32,000 bases of DNA from an uncultured archaeon (lineage in GTDB: Archaea > Iainarchaeota > Iainarchaeia > Iainarchaeales > JAAZKV01). The first letter of the stretch is position 1. The number at the start of each line of letters is the position of its first letter. Made by a program: the position numbers and the translations under genes. Positions 10,501 to 17,375 of this stretch are shown here, one piece after another. Under the pieces are notes generated by a model, which was given only the letters and a program-made list of their open reading frames with translations, did not search any database and was not told the DNA's origin. The stretch lies in NCBI GenBank assembly GCA_964551375.1, contig CAZKBG010000001.1, positions 30,001-62,000 on the forward strand, read 5' to 3'.

Positions 10501-13012
10501 TGACAATGGACTCTATTGTGATGGCGCTGATAGGTGTGATGGGAATGGAATGTGCTTTGCGACTGGGTCTAGCGTGGATTGCAGTGGACTTGATGATCAG
10601 TGCAATAGCGGAGTGTGCGATGAAAACCAAAATTCATGTGTAAAAACTCCTGCAAGAAACGGAGCAGCGTGTGATGATAACTTATTTTGTAATACTGGTG
10701 AAGTGTGCAGCAATGGAATTTGTGGAAACGGAAATACAAAAGACTGCAGCGAAAATAATATCCTTGGAGTATCATCCTGCTTGTGGATACCTGATGGTTT
10801 AGATTATACTTGGGATTTTAGAAATCCTTTCACAAGTATTTGTGATGAAGGGAATGATAAATGTACAACAGGGGACTTAAACATCAATCACACAATTGAT
10901 GAAAAATGTGCTGAGTGCATGATAGATGCTGATTGCCCAACGCTTGAAAACTCCTGTGCGGAGAATAAATGCTTAAACTATAAATGTGTTGAAACTCCAA
11001 GGCCGACAACAACAGTTTGTGATAATGGAACTTATTGTGATGGCGCTGATAGGTGTGATGGAAATGGGGCGTGTAAATCTACAGGTACTCCAGTAGATTG
11101 TAGTTCACTAAATAATCAATGCAATAGTGGAGTGTGTGATGAGAATATTGAAGGGTGCGTAGCACAGCCTGTGCCAAATGGAACTACTTGTAATGATGAT
11201 TTGTTTTGCAATACTGGTGAAATATGCCTTAATGGAACGTGTGGCGGTGGGCAGGCGAGAGATTGTTCAGGATTTAACTTAAACCCAATTGGACAGTGCG
11301 ATTACTTCCCTGATGGATATGCTTGGACTTATGACTACTTCCTTGGATTCTTAAGCCAGTGCAGTGAAGAACAAGACAAATGCACTGATGGCAACATAAC
11401 AATAACTTCTTACTGCAGCACAGAGAATTGCGACGCAGAATGTGAAACGGATCTTGATTGCAGCGCCCACTTTGATGGAAACGTGTGCAATTATAGGGGA
11501 CTTTGCGGAGCAGAGCCAAGCTGCGCATGCAGTTACCAAAAAGAACTTTGCCCTGCACCAGGAACAATAGTTGATGGGTACTGCTACTGGGGAAATGGAG
11601 CATGTACAAGCACTGGATGCGATTTGAACAAAACAAGAATGGATTGCTACAAGCGATGCGACCCAATACTTGGGCCTGTGGAACTTCCAATTATAAAAAC
11701 AACCAAATTTGTTGGACAGCCAAAATCCCATTGCAATTATTTAGGAGATTTAAACGAAGCAGAAGAATGTTTATTTGTAACTACTGCTACTGAATTTATG
11801 CTTGATTCAAACGATTCAAATGCAAGCACATATTACAGACAGAGATGGAAAGAGGATTATAACAGTACCTGGGGAAATTGGAGCGAGTGGAATGAATACA
11901 CTCAGCCGTTTAATTACCTTGAAGATTCAATACATGAACTTGAATATTATTCAATAAATGAAATTTGCGAAATCGAAGAAAAACACAATTATGAAATTGA
12001 CATAGTGGACACAAAAGCGCCAAGCGCAAAGAAAACAGTGGAGAACCCAAAAGTAAAATGGACTCCGTCAAAGAATGGACAACCTGGTAGCATATTCTAT
12101 CCGTGGATAAATAATGCGTGTTGGAATGATGTGAACGGAATAGACTGTTGGAAAGTAACTCTTGATACGCCAATATCATTTGACTGCAATGATTTACAAC
12201 CTCATCCATCAAACAACTCAAAAGTATGTTTCAACGTGGAGTGGGATGCTAATGACATCACGCCAAAATACTGTACTCAAATGCAAGGGACAATAGGGCA
12301 GGACGGTTACTGCTGTGTTCCTGATGATGCTAGAAAATTCAATTTCCTTGAAGAAACAGAACACAACTTAAAATTCTATTGTAAAGATGTGCTTGGAAAC
12401 AAAAGCCCAATTGATGATGAGAAATTCAAAGTAGGGGGAACAGAGTTTGAAATCCAATTGAATAAAAAATGGAACCTAATCTCAATACCATTTGCGCTCC
12501 TTGATAGCAATGTGGCTGAAGTAATTGATGAAATTGACCAAAATATTGAATCAGTGTGGACTTATGATGCATTTACTGATCAATGGTATGTGTATAGACC
12601 GCTAAGCCCAAGCACAAGCAACTTAGAAACAATAGAACCAGGAAATGGCTACTGGGTAGCGGCGCTCAACCCAGCAAAATTAGTTCTTGGAGGAAGCTTG
12701 TTTAATCCAATAGCAACCCCTCCTCAAAAATCGCTCAAAGCTGGATGGAACTTAATAGGGTATTATGGCACTGAAGGGCAGATGGGTTATTACGGACCAA
12801 TTGGCTCAGGAAAAACAGCAGGATGCGAACTATACTCGCTTGGAAACACAATTCTTGACAAAGGATGGACTTCATTATTCACATTTTGGGCGCTAAGAAC
12901 CCCAAGTCAGTGGCTAGATTTGAGCTATTACAACAGAATGGATCCAGGCGCAGGATACTGGATATCTGTGCCTAGTGATGATGTTTTAAGCTACTCTTCA
13001 ACATGCAGTTAG
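7526..13012 (+). CDS. Giant secreted cysteine-rich surface protein (Ig-like N-terminal domains, 4 tandem Cys-rich modules, shared C-terminal WNLI/GYWV module)
   Basis: Uninterrupted 1828-aa ORF with an N-terminal hydrophobic segment (VMIIGMVLAISMIAIA). The N-terminal third has VDSIAPET / DRTPPIST domain boundaries. The central part is four 173-aa Cys-rich modules. The C-terminal 335 aa are paralogous to the preceding gene. It starts only 27 nt after the previous stop. Confidence 0.9.
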   Translation: MKNLNENFNKKVNLKKLRTVMIIGMVLAISMIAIACPTTTLTTTPINPNSYGWFNPIVKVSINLSPGSVPGIIKYTYDLNKKRTPYPDLNWLGDTNYLHGIKTIRYAAVGKDGSKEPEKTYTVQVDSIAPETLGFSLDTTNGVIYNPGARAFDINYGIVKVRIISGDNTSGLSTCQLNFDYNALNPTAGWDAPTPNVDLTYGHLHYYDTNGIKVIVIKCTDKGLNTSTPALSPFTFRVINPYDRTPPISTLIIDTNSTSTEECYNDKVLVSIIAEDPQSGVAAIKYCIDTNDTCVPNINYTTQLLFTDGKKYLRYRAINLHGVEENINSEMINIDKNGCGRECEPHTIGYWKQPCKGHYEHETQASMLGYLAEIQATSDYFDFISSFNGMCDILDPDEPATMKQRAKQQFLALWLNVVTDKLFTYTTISLPAYTDANTVGGAITVIQNNISSNSEKAKTIADKLNNGIGIVDCQPSKPLKIIAQKIVCENEADLPNWGLGGPNITALTAMSFVATHPGCKFDSNWYFQWAKSGTSNPGSNTGEAAPNTGWKTFGPTNAQGEVNILISDFNKTNKIWVREVFKQGYVSFTYDTNGNSNNVSAEIYCYKDVFNYDNYDSIGAPQLGRTYYCVAWNAIKKYECTSDANCSDGVYCNGAEKCNLQNHKCEKGILIDCNSLNDQCNSGVCDENVDKCIANPVPNGTTCNDNLFCNTGEVCNNGKCGNGGVRDCSDYNILGISTCLWDPDGLDYTWDFRSSFTSICNEELDKCAVGDYNITHIVDEKCAECLGDSDCPQPENACMENRCQNYKCALTPKPSTTSCNNGAYCDGADRCDGNGMCLATGSSVDCSGLDDQCNSGVCDENVDKCIANPVPNGTTCNDNLFCNVGEVCDNGKCESGQARDCSDNNILGISSCFWNPDGLDYTWDFRNPFTSICDEGNDKCTTGDLNINHTIDPKCTKCMTDSDCPALENSCMENRCIEYKCVETPKPSQTTCDNGLYCDGADRCDGNGMCFATGSSVDCSGLDDQCNSGVCDENQNSCVKTPARNGAACDDNLFCNTGEVCSNGICGNGNTKDCSENNILGVSSCLWIPDGLDYTWDFRNPFTSICDEGNDKCTTGDLNINHTIDEKCAECMIDADCPTLENSCAENKCLNYKCVETPRPTTTVCDNGTYCDGADRCDGNGACKSTGTPVDCSSLNNQCNSGVCDENIEGCVAQPVPNGTTCNDDLFCNTGEICLNGTCGGGQARDCSGFNLNPIGQCDYFPDGYAWTYDYFLGFLSQCSEEQDKCTDGNITITSYCSTENCDAECETDLDCSAHFDGNVCNYRGLCGAEPSCACSYQKELCPAPGTIVDGYCYWGNGACTSTGCDLNKTRMDCYKRCDPILGPVELPIIKTTKFVGQPKSHCNYLGDLNEAEECLFVTTATEFMLDSNDSNASTYYRQRWKEDYNSTWGNWSEWNEYTQPFNYLEDSIHELEYYSINEICEIEEKHNYEIDIVDTKAPSAKKTVENPKVKWTPSKNGQPGSIFYPWINNACWNDVNGIDCWKVTLDTPISFDCNDLQPHPSNNSKVCFNVEWDANDITPKYCTQMQGTIGQDGYCCVPDDARKFNFLEETEHNLKFYCKDVLGNKSPIDDEKFKVGGTEFEIQLNKKWNLISIPFALLDSNVAEVIDEIDQNIESVWTYDAFTDQWYVYRPLSPSTSNLETIEPGNGYWVAALNPAKLVLGGSLFNPIATPPQKSLKAGWNLIGYYGTEGQMGYYGPIGSGKTAGCELYSLGNTILDKGWTSLFTFWALRTPSQWLDLSYYNRMDPGAGYWISVPSDDVLSYSSTCS
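9440..11640 (+). repeat. Tandem in-frame 519-bp (173-aa) cysteine-rich module, about 4 copies (last one divergent)
   Basis: The landmark CAGTGCAATAGCGGAGTGTGCGATGA (QCNSGVCDE) starts at 9560, 10079 and 10598. A variant (CAATGCAATAGTGG...) starts at 11117. The period is exactly 519 nt. Each unit has fixed Cys spacing (..NGxYCDGADRCDGNGxC..QCNSGVCDE..C..NGTTCNDNLFCNTGEVC..G.C..DCS..). Confidence 0.95.
12005..13012 (+). repeat. Copy B of the shared ~340-aa C-terminal module (paralogous to 6476-7498)
   Basis: From VDTKAPSAKKTVENPKVKWTPSKNGQPGSIFYPWINNACW to the C-terminus. At DNA level it shares exact stretches with copy A, for example tcaaaagtatgtttcaacgtggagtgggatgc at 6689-6720 and 12218-12249. 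Confidence 0.9.
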
Positions 13013-13102
13013 AAGATACGCTGGAAGATAAGTTGTTTTTGCCAATCAAGAAAGGTTTTTATGCACTTTGCAAAGGAATTATGATAGATAGTTAATTTGT
13101 TA

Positions 13103-13112
13103 ACTATAAAAG
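13103..13112 (+). promoter_or_regulatory. TATA-like box upstream of the 13138 start
   Basis: actataaaag is centred about 31 nt upstream of ATG 13138. This favours that ATG over the TTG at 13129 used by the ORF track. Confidence 0.45.
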
Positions 13113-13137
13113 AGGAGTATTTGGGGGATTGATTTTC

Positions 13138-14196
13138 ATGGGGTCAGCAAAGTATTTTTCAATGCTAATTTTTTCTATTTTTATTTTAGGAGTTGCTCTT
13201 GCGGCTCCAGGGATACCACACCAGTTTTATGGATTTGTGACAATCAACGGAGCGCCGGCAAATGGAGCGTTAATAGTTGCAAAAATAAATAACGTTGAAG
13301 TTTCAAGAACCCTGAGCTCAAACGGAAATTACGGGTACAATCCAAATATTTTCTATGTTCCAGACCCAAACAGCAACAACGCTGGAAAAAGAATTGACTT
13401 TTATTTAAGCGGAACGCTTGTAGCAAACAAATACTTTGAAAGTGGAACAAGCACAAAACTTGATTTTAATTTAGGAATAGCTCCATTTTGCGGAGACACT
13501 AGCTGCAACGCAGGAGAAACATGCTCAACATGCGCAACTGATTGCGGAGTATGCCCTTCAACAGGTGGCGGAGGGGGAGGCGGCGGTGGCGGAGGAGCTC
13601 CAGTAGCCCAAAGCATTAATGTTCAAGTAACAGGAAACTGCCTTGGAAAACCAATAGTATTGAAAGCAACAGCAGGAACAACAGCACTTGGCTCAGCAAC
13701 AGTAAGCGTAAAACACAACAACAATACTTCCCAAACAACAACAGATGCAAATGGCGGAATAACATTCACATTCAATGAACTTGGAAAATACGAGTTCACA
13801 GTAACAAAGAACTCCTATAGCCCTGCAACAAAACAAGTTGATGTATTAAACTGCACAGGGGAAACAACAAACACAGGGACTGGAAGCGGCGCAGGTGCTG
13901 ATTTATGCTCAAACAAAAACTGCAACGACTTAAACCCATGCACTGATGATTCATGCGCGCTAGGCGTATGCAACTATGCATTCAAATCAGATGGAACAAC
14001 ATGCGGAACAGAACTAACATGCCAGAAAGGAGAATGCGTTGCAAAAATTGTGGAACCAGTTAACACAGCTACTGGGGCAGGGGCTGCAACAGGATTATTC
14101 GCACTTGGAACAGATACTGCTATGCCAATAGTTCTTGTAATAGTAATAATTGCCATATTTGCAATACTATTGCTATTAAGCAGAAGAAAAAAGTGA
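13138..14196 (+). CDS. Cys-rich, tail-anchored surface protein with Gly11 linker and carboxypeptidase-regulatory-like beta-sandwich domain
   Basis: Signal peptide (FSMLIFSIFILGVALAAPG). Cys knot CGDTSCNAGETCSTCATDCGVC. Eleven consecutive Gly at 13564-13596. The segment VQVTGNCLGKPIVLKATAG...TTDANGGITFTFNELGKYEFTVTKNSYSP fits the CarboxypepD_reg-like pattern. A second Cys-rich block (NPCTDDSCALGVCNYAFKSDGTTCGTELTCQKGEC) resembles the modules of the 1828-aa protein. A C-terminal TM helix is followed by RRKK. Confidence 0.85.
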   Translation: MGSAKYFSMLIFSIFILGVALAAPGIPHQFYGFVTINGAPANGALIVAKINNVEVSRTLSSNGNYGYNPNIFYVPDPNSNNAGKRIDFYLSGTLVANKYFESGTSTKLDFNLGIAPFCGDTSCNAGETCSTCATDCGVCPSTGGGGGGGGGGGAPVAQSINVQVTGNCLGKPIVLKATAGTTALGSATVSVKHNNNTSQTTTDANGGITFTFNELGKYEFTVTKNSYSPATKQVDVLNCTGETTNTGTGSGAGADLCSNKNCNDLNPCTDDSCALGVCNYAFKSDGTTCGTELTCQKGECVAKIVEPVNTATGAGAATGLFALGTDTAMPIVLVIVIIAIFAILLLLSRRKK

Positions 14197-14224
14197 AAAT
14201 TAGTTAAATAAAAAAATGATTTGT

Positions 14225-14246
14225 TTGGCGGGCAAGAGCCTGCCAA
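14225..14246. terminator. Bidirectional terminator-like hairpin between convergent genes
   Basis: ttggcgggc (14225-14233), loop aaga, then gcctgccaa (14238-14246) form a 9-bp stem with one G-T pair. It is flanked by T-runs on both strands (aaaaaaa at 14211-14217 upstream, tttt downstream). It sits between the 14196 stop (+) and the 14270 stop (-). Confidence 0.5.
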
Positions 14247-14269
14247 AAATATTATTTTCCAAAGTAAAA

Positions 14270-14554
14270 TTACTTCTTCTTTTTTTTGTTCCCAAAAATC
14301 TTATCCCACTGACTTTGTTTAACCCCATGAAATCCTACTGTAGTGCCTATATTTGATTCAGAAATCCTTGGGGTAATATATTTTAATTTTGGCTGGAGAA
14401 CTTGCGCAGCCTTTGTATACGCTTGATGAGAATCAGCAATCCTTCTCTGGCTTCCGGTTTCAACAATCATCGGACCGTGGCGCGTGCCGGTTTCCTTATT
14501 ATGAAAAGTCATTACAAGTTTTCTTTTCGGACCTTTAGGTTTCATAAAAATCAT
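14270..14554 (-). CDS. Small basic protein with Lys-rich tail, probably co-transcribed with the pilin-signal giant protein
   Basis: 94 aa, rich in K/R, ending in WDKIFGNKKKKK. Its ATG lies 2 nt downstream of the TAA stop of the 904-aa gene on the same strand. No recognisable family. Confidence 0.5.
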   Translation of the reverse strand: MIFMKPKGPKRKLVMTFHNKETGTRHGPMIVETGSQRRIADSHQAYTKAAQVLQPKLKYITPRISESNIGTTVGFHGVKQSQWDKIFGNKKKKK

Positions 14555-14556
14555 CT

Positions 14557-17271
14557 TTAAACAAGTGGAACTATTTGAAGCCCTGCGATTTGAGAATACC
14601 CGCCTATTGAAGGAACATCAATCACAACAGTGTCGCTTCCTCCAACAGAAATATTAGAAAATACACTATACTGCTCTCCTTCCATCCATCTTGCAAGAGT
14701 GGCTGAGTGAGTTCCGGCATTTGTTTTAGTTCCTTGGCTTATGCCTCCAACAGAAAGAGTGTATTGGCAGGAAGTAGCATCCCAAGGGCTGCAATAAAGC
14801 ACAAAGTTGTAATCATTTGCGCTAAGCCCGGTTAGGGTAATGCTTGAAGCCGCGCCTGAGCGATAAATATAGCCGTTAAACATTGCATCATTTAGATTTG
14901 TGCTTCCACCCCACCCTCCGCCAAATCCTCCAAGCGTCATTGAAACCCCTGTAACATTTCCATTAGCATCAAGAACATTTGGAGAGCTCATGCTTGATGA
15001 AGTCAAGTTCCAATAGTAGGTGTTTCCATCATTATACATTCCGCTTCCAGAATATGATGAGGGGCTGTAATCAAAATTAATCGCTCGTTTTCTTCTTGCA
15101 TCCTGCGATGGGGTTTGCGCGGTTAAATTATTTGAAGTAATTATCTGCAGTCCTGACATGTTTTGCCCTATTGTAATTTTAATAGGGTCATTATAATCCG
15201 ACACATGAATGTTGTTAATTGTAGTGTACTGCTCTCCCGCCATCCACCTTGACAAAAACTTTGCATGCCCATTTCCGGCAGATTTTGAGCCGTAATTCAC
15301 AAGGTCAGTTGCAATTGTAAAGTTGTTCACAGTTGCGTCATCAGGAACGCCGTACAATACTAAATTGTAATCCCCTGCGGGAAGTCCAATTATTTTGACT
15401 AAACTTCCGTTGTAAATATATCCGTTAAACATTGAGTCATTCACTCCGCTTGTCCCTCCCCAGTTTCCAGCCATGTTTGAAATTACCGCAATCCCTTCTG
15501 TGGAATTATTATTCCCGTCCTTAATTGTGGATGATGTGGTGGTTCCGTTTGCAAGAGGATTCCATTTGTAAGTATTCCCATCGTTGAATTTTCCATTTCC
15601 AGTGTAAGAACCGTCCCCTCCGCAGTCAAAGTGAAGAGACTGCTTTAGATATGGATTTTGTTCAGAAGGAAGAGCTGTGACAAGGGAAGATCCGTTTACT
15701 GGAATAATCTGCCATCCTGAAATATTTGAGCTTACATTCACCTTAATTGGATCGTTATAATCCGAAACATGAACATTGCTGAATGTGTGATATTGTTCCC
15801 CCTCAACCCAGCTCGCAAGATTTCTATTGCTCCCTGAAGAAGTGCCTGCAGTTTTTGCACCATAGCTTGCAAGATCAGTTGAAACAGTGTGAGTATCAAC
15901 TCCAGTAGGCGCAACATAAAGAACAAGATTGTAATCCCCTGCAGGAAGACCGATTATTTTTGCGAGATTTCCTGTATAGCTGTAATTTTCAAACATTGAG
16001 TCATTAACTCCATTAGAAAGTCCCCAACCTCCAGTAAAGTTTGATGTAAAAGAAACTCCTGGGACTGCATTGTCATTTGCATCCTTTATTGAAGGCGAGT
16101 ATAAGGTAGTGTTACCAACAGTATTCCATTTATATGATTGGCCGTTGTTGAATTTTCCGCTCCCTGTGTAAAGACCACTCCCTGCAAAGTCAAAGAATAT
16201 TCCATAAGAAATTGGATTAGCAAGAACAGTAATTGTAATCAAAAAGTCGCTTGTGTTTGGGTTGCCAGCAGTGTCAATGCATCTGATATAAACATTATTA
16301 CTTCCAGTCGCAAGCCCGCTAATAGTTGCCGAGTGGGAAGTCACTGAATCAGTAAAACTATTGGTCATGCTTGCATATGCGACTCCTGTAGAAGTTGAAT
16401 ATCTGCAAGCCGCATTTTCATCCGTGGTGATTGTGAGTCCGTAAGTTGTAGTTCCAAACGCAAGCGCGCTGGGGTTTGAGCCTGATATAACCGGAGGGGT
16501 GGCATCAGCGCCAACTGTAATAGTTACAAGCGTGTCGTCTGAGATAGAGCTGTTTGAAACACTTTGACATTTAATATAAATATTATTGGCTCCAGTTACT
16601 AACGAACCCACAGTTGCTGAGTGGGTTAATTCACTTCCTGAAAAACTATTAGCTTGGCTGGAAAAAGCAACTCCACTAGAAGAATCATACTTACAATTAG
16701 CATTAACATCAGTGTTAATATCAAGAGCATAACTTGCTGTTCCATAAGCAAGGGTGGCTGGGTTTGATGCGCTGATTATTGGAGGCGCAGCAAGAGCAAC
16801 AGCTCCGCGTGCAATGCAATCAATGTAAAGTGTTCCATAATCCACTGTTTTTTCTAAACCAGCATCAGAAACATAATTTACTTTAACAGTGTAAGTCTTT
16901 TGATTCGGGGAGTCACAGGCGGGAAGGTTGCTCAATGAAAAGCTTTTCACATCATTTTGAGCAAATGAAAGACTTGAACCGATTGGATAATTTGTGTCAT
17001 TAATTATAAACCCGGTAATTCTAATTGTTTCCCCAGTGTTATTTTGGAGAACAAATAATCCATTAGCATCAGTTCCAATTGCAGCGTCATTTACTCCTAC
17101 AATTTGGGACATTGCATTTATTTTGCTTGATTTGGATGCTCCCCCCGAAGAGCTTTGGGCAGTTGTATCGACAAGAAGCCCGACAACAACAAGCGCAATT
17201 ACAATTACAATTGCAATAATTACAAGATATTCGATTGTCCCTTGGGCGCGGTTGTTTTTATTTTCAGCCAT
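14557..17271 (-). CDS. Large surface protein with archaeal class III (type IV prepilin-like) signal peptide and repeated beta-sandwich / lectin-like domains
   Basis: 904-aa ORF. The N-terminus is MAENKNNRAQGTIEYLVIIAIVIVIALVVVGLLV: a charged n-region, an RA|QGTIE site with Gln at +1 and Glu at +5, then a ~22-residue hydrophobic helix. Two ~93-aa repeats and three ~175-185-aa repeats follow. There is no C-terminal anchor. Confidence 0.9.
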   Translation of the reverse strand: MAENKNNRAQGTIEYLVIIAIVIVIALVVVGLLVDTTAQSSSGGASKSSKINAMSQIVGVNDAAIGTDANGLFVLQNNTGETIRITGFIINDTNYPIGSSLSFAQNDVKSFSLSNLPACDSPNQKTYTVKVNYVSDAGLEKTVDYGTLYIDCIARGAVALAAPPIISASNPATLAYGTASYALDINTDVNANCKYDSSSGVAFSSQANSFSGSELTHSATVGSLVTGANNIYIKCQSVSNSSISDDTLVTITVGADATPPVISGSNPSALAFGTTTYGLTITTDENAACRYSTSTGVAYASMTNSFTDSVTSHSATISGLATGSNNVYIRCIDTAGNPNTSDFLITITVLANPISYGIFFDFAGSGLYTGSGKFNNGQSYKWNTVGNTTLYSPSIKDANDNAVPGVSFTSNFTGGWGLSNGVNDSMFENYSYTGNLAKIIGLPAGDYNLVLYVAPTGVDTHTVSTDLASYGAKTAGTSSGSNRNLASWVEGEQYHTFSNVHVSDYNDPIKVNVSSNISGWQIIPVNGSSLVTALPSEQNPYLKQSLHFDCGGDGSYTGNGKFNDGNTYKWNPLANGTTTSSTIKDGNNNSTEGIAVISNMAGNWGGTSGVNDSMFNGYIYNGSLVKIIGLPAGDYNLVLYGVPDDATVNNFTIATDLVNYGSKSAGNGHAKFLSRWMAGEQYTTINNIHVSDYNDPIKITIGQNMSGLQIITSNNLTAQTPSQDARRKRAINFDYSPSSYSGSGMYNDGNTYYWNLTSSSMSSPNVLDANGNVTGVSMTLGGFGGGWGGSTNLNDAMFNGYIYRSGAASSITLTGLSANDYNFVLYCSPWDATSCQYTLSVGGISQGTKTNAGTHSATLARWMEGEQYSVFSNISVGGSDTVVIDVPSIGGYSQIAGLQIVPLV
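14560..16209 (-). repeat. Three tandem ~175-185-aa domain repeats (aa 355-904), lectin/CBM-like by pattern
   Basis: Shared blocks across three copies: FD..G.G.YTG.GKFN(D/N)G.(S/T)YKWN, GGWG...GVNDSMF.(N/G)Y.Y.G, IIGLPAGDYNLVLY, W..GEQY....N(V/I)HVSDYNDPIK, G(W/L)QI(I/V). Confidence 0.85.
16222..16788 (-). repeat. Two tandem ~93-aa domain repeats (aa 162-350) in the 904-aa protein
   Basis: PPIISASNPATLAYGTASYALDINTDVNANCKYDSSSGVAFSSQANSFSG..THSATVGSLVTGANNIYIKCQ aligns with PPVISGSNPSALAFGTTTYGLTITTDENAACRYSTSTGVAYASMTNSFTD..SHSATISGLATGSNNVYIRCIDTAGN. By eye this pattern recurs in many metagenomic Ig/Fn3-like surface proteins. Confidence 0.85.
17167..17271 (-). other. Class III signal peptide / pilin-like N-terminal helix (predicted prepilin-peptidase site RA|QGTIEY)
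   Basis: aa 1-35 of the 904-aa protein. This is the pattern known for archaeal pilins/archaellins and DUF361-type pilin-like proteins (Q at +1, acidic residue at +5, long hydrophobic stretch). Confidence 0.75.
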
Positions 17272-17294
17272 GACTTATGAGGGTATGGTTTCCT

Positions 17295-17304
17295 AAAATA
17301 TAAA
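17295..17304 (-). promoter_or_regulatory. TATA-like box upstream of the 904-aa gene
   Basis: The minus strand reads tttatatttt, centred about 29 nt upstream of the ATG at 17271. Confidence 0.5.
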
Positions 17305-17344
17305 CCTTCTTTTGAGCGGGTTTAGAGAATAATTTTGAGTTAAG

Positions 17345-17354
17345 ATTTTATAAC
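17345..17354 (+). promoter_or_regulatory. TATA-like box upstream of the 17376 start
   Basis: attttataac is centred about 27 nt upstream of ATG 17376 (the ORF track starts at GTG 17373). Confidence 0.5.
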
Positions 17355-17375
17355 CAACTAAGCCTTGTTTTAGTG

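Noticed and set aside
9440-11640. Possible diversity-generating retroelement (template/variable repeat pair) acting on the giant surface protein
   Set aside because: No reverse-transcriptase ORF is in the window. The repeats are in-frame tandem protein modules, and the differences between copies are not restricted to adenine positions.
11274-11731. Antisense ORFs 11274-11690 and 11351-11731 inside the 1828-aa gene
   Set aside because: Same reasoning: they mirror Cys-codon-rich sense sequence and have no independent support.
13401-13616. Minus-strand ORF with a poly-proline run
   Set aside because: It is the reverse complement of the Gly11 tract within the well-supported + strand surface-protein gene.
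14050-14196. PGF-CTERM/archaeosortase sorting signal on the tail-anchored surface protein
   Set aside because: The C-terminal TM helix plus basic tail is present, but the diagnostic Pro-Gly-Phe tripeptide is absent (the sequence is ...GLFALGTDTAMPIVLV...), so I call only a generic tail anchor.
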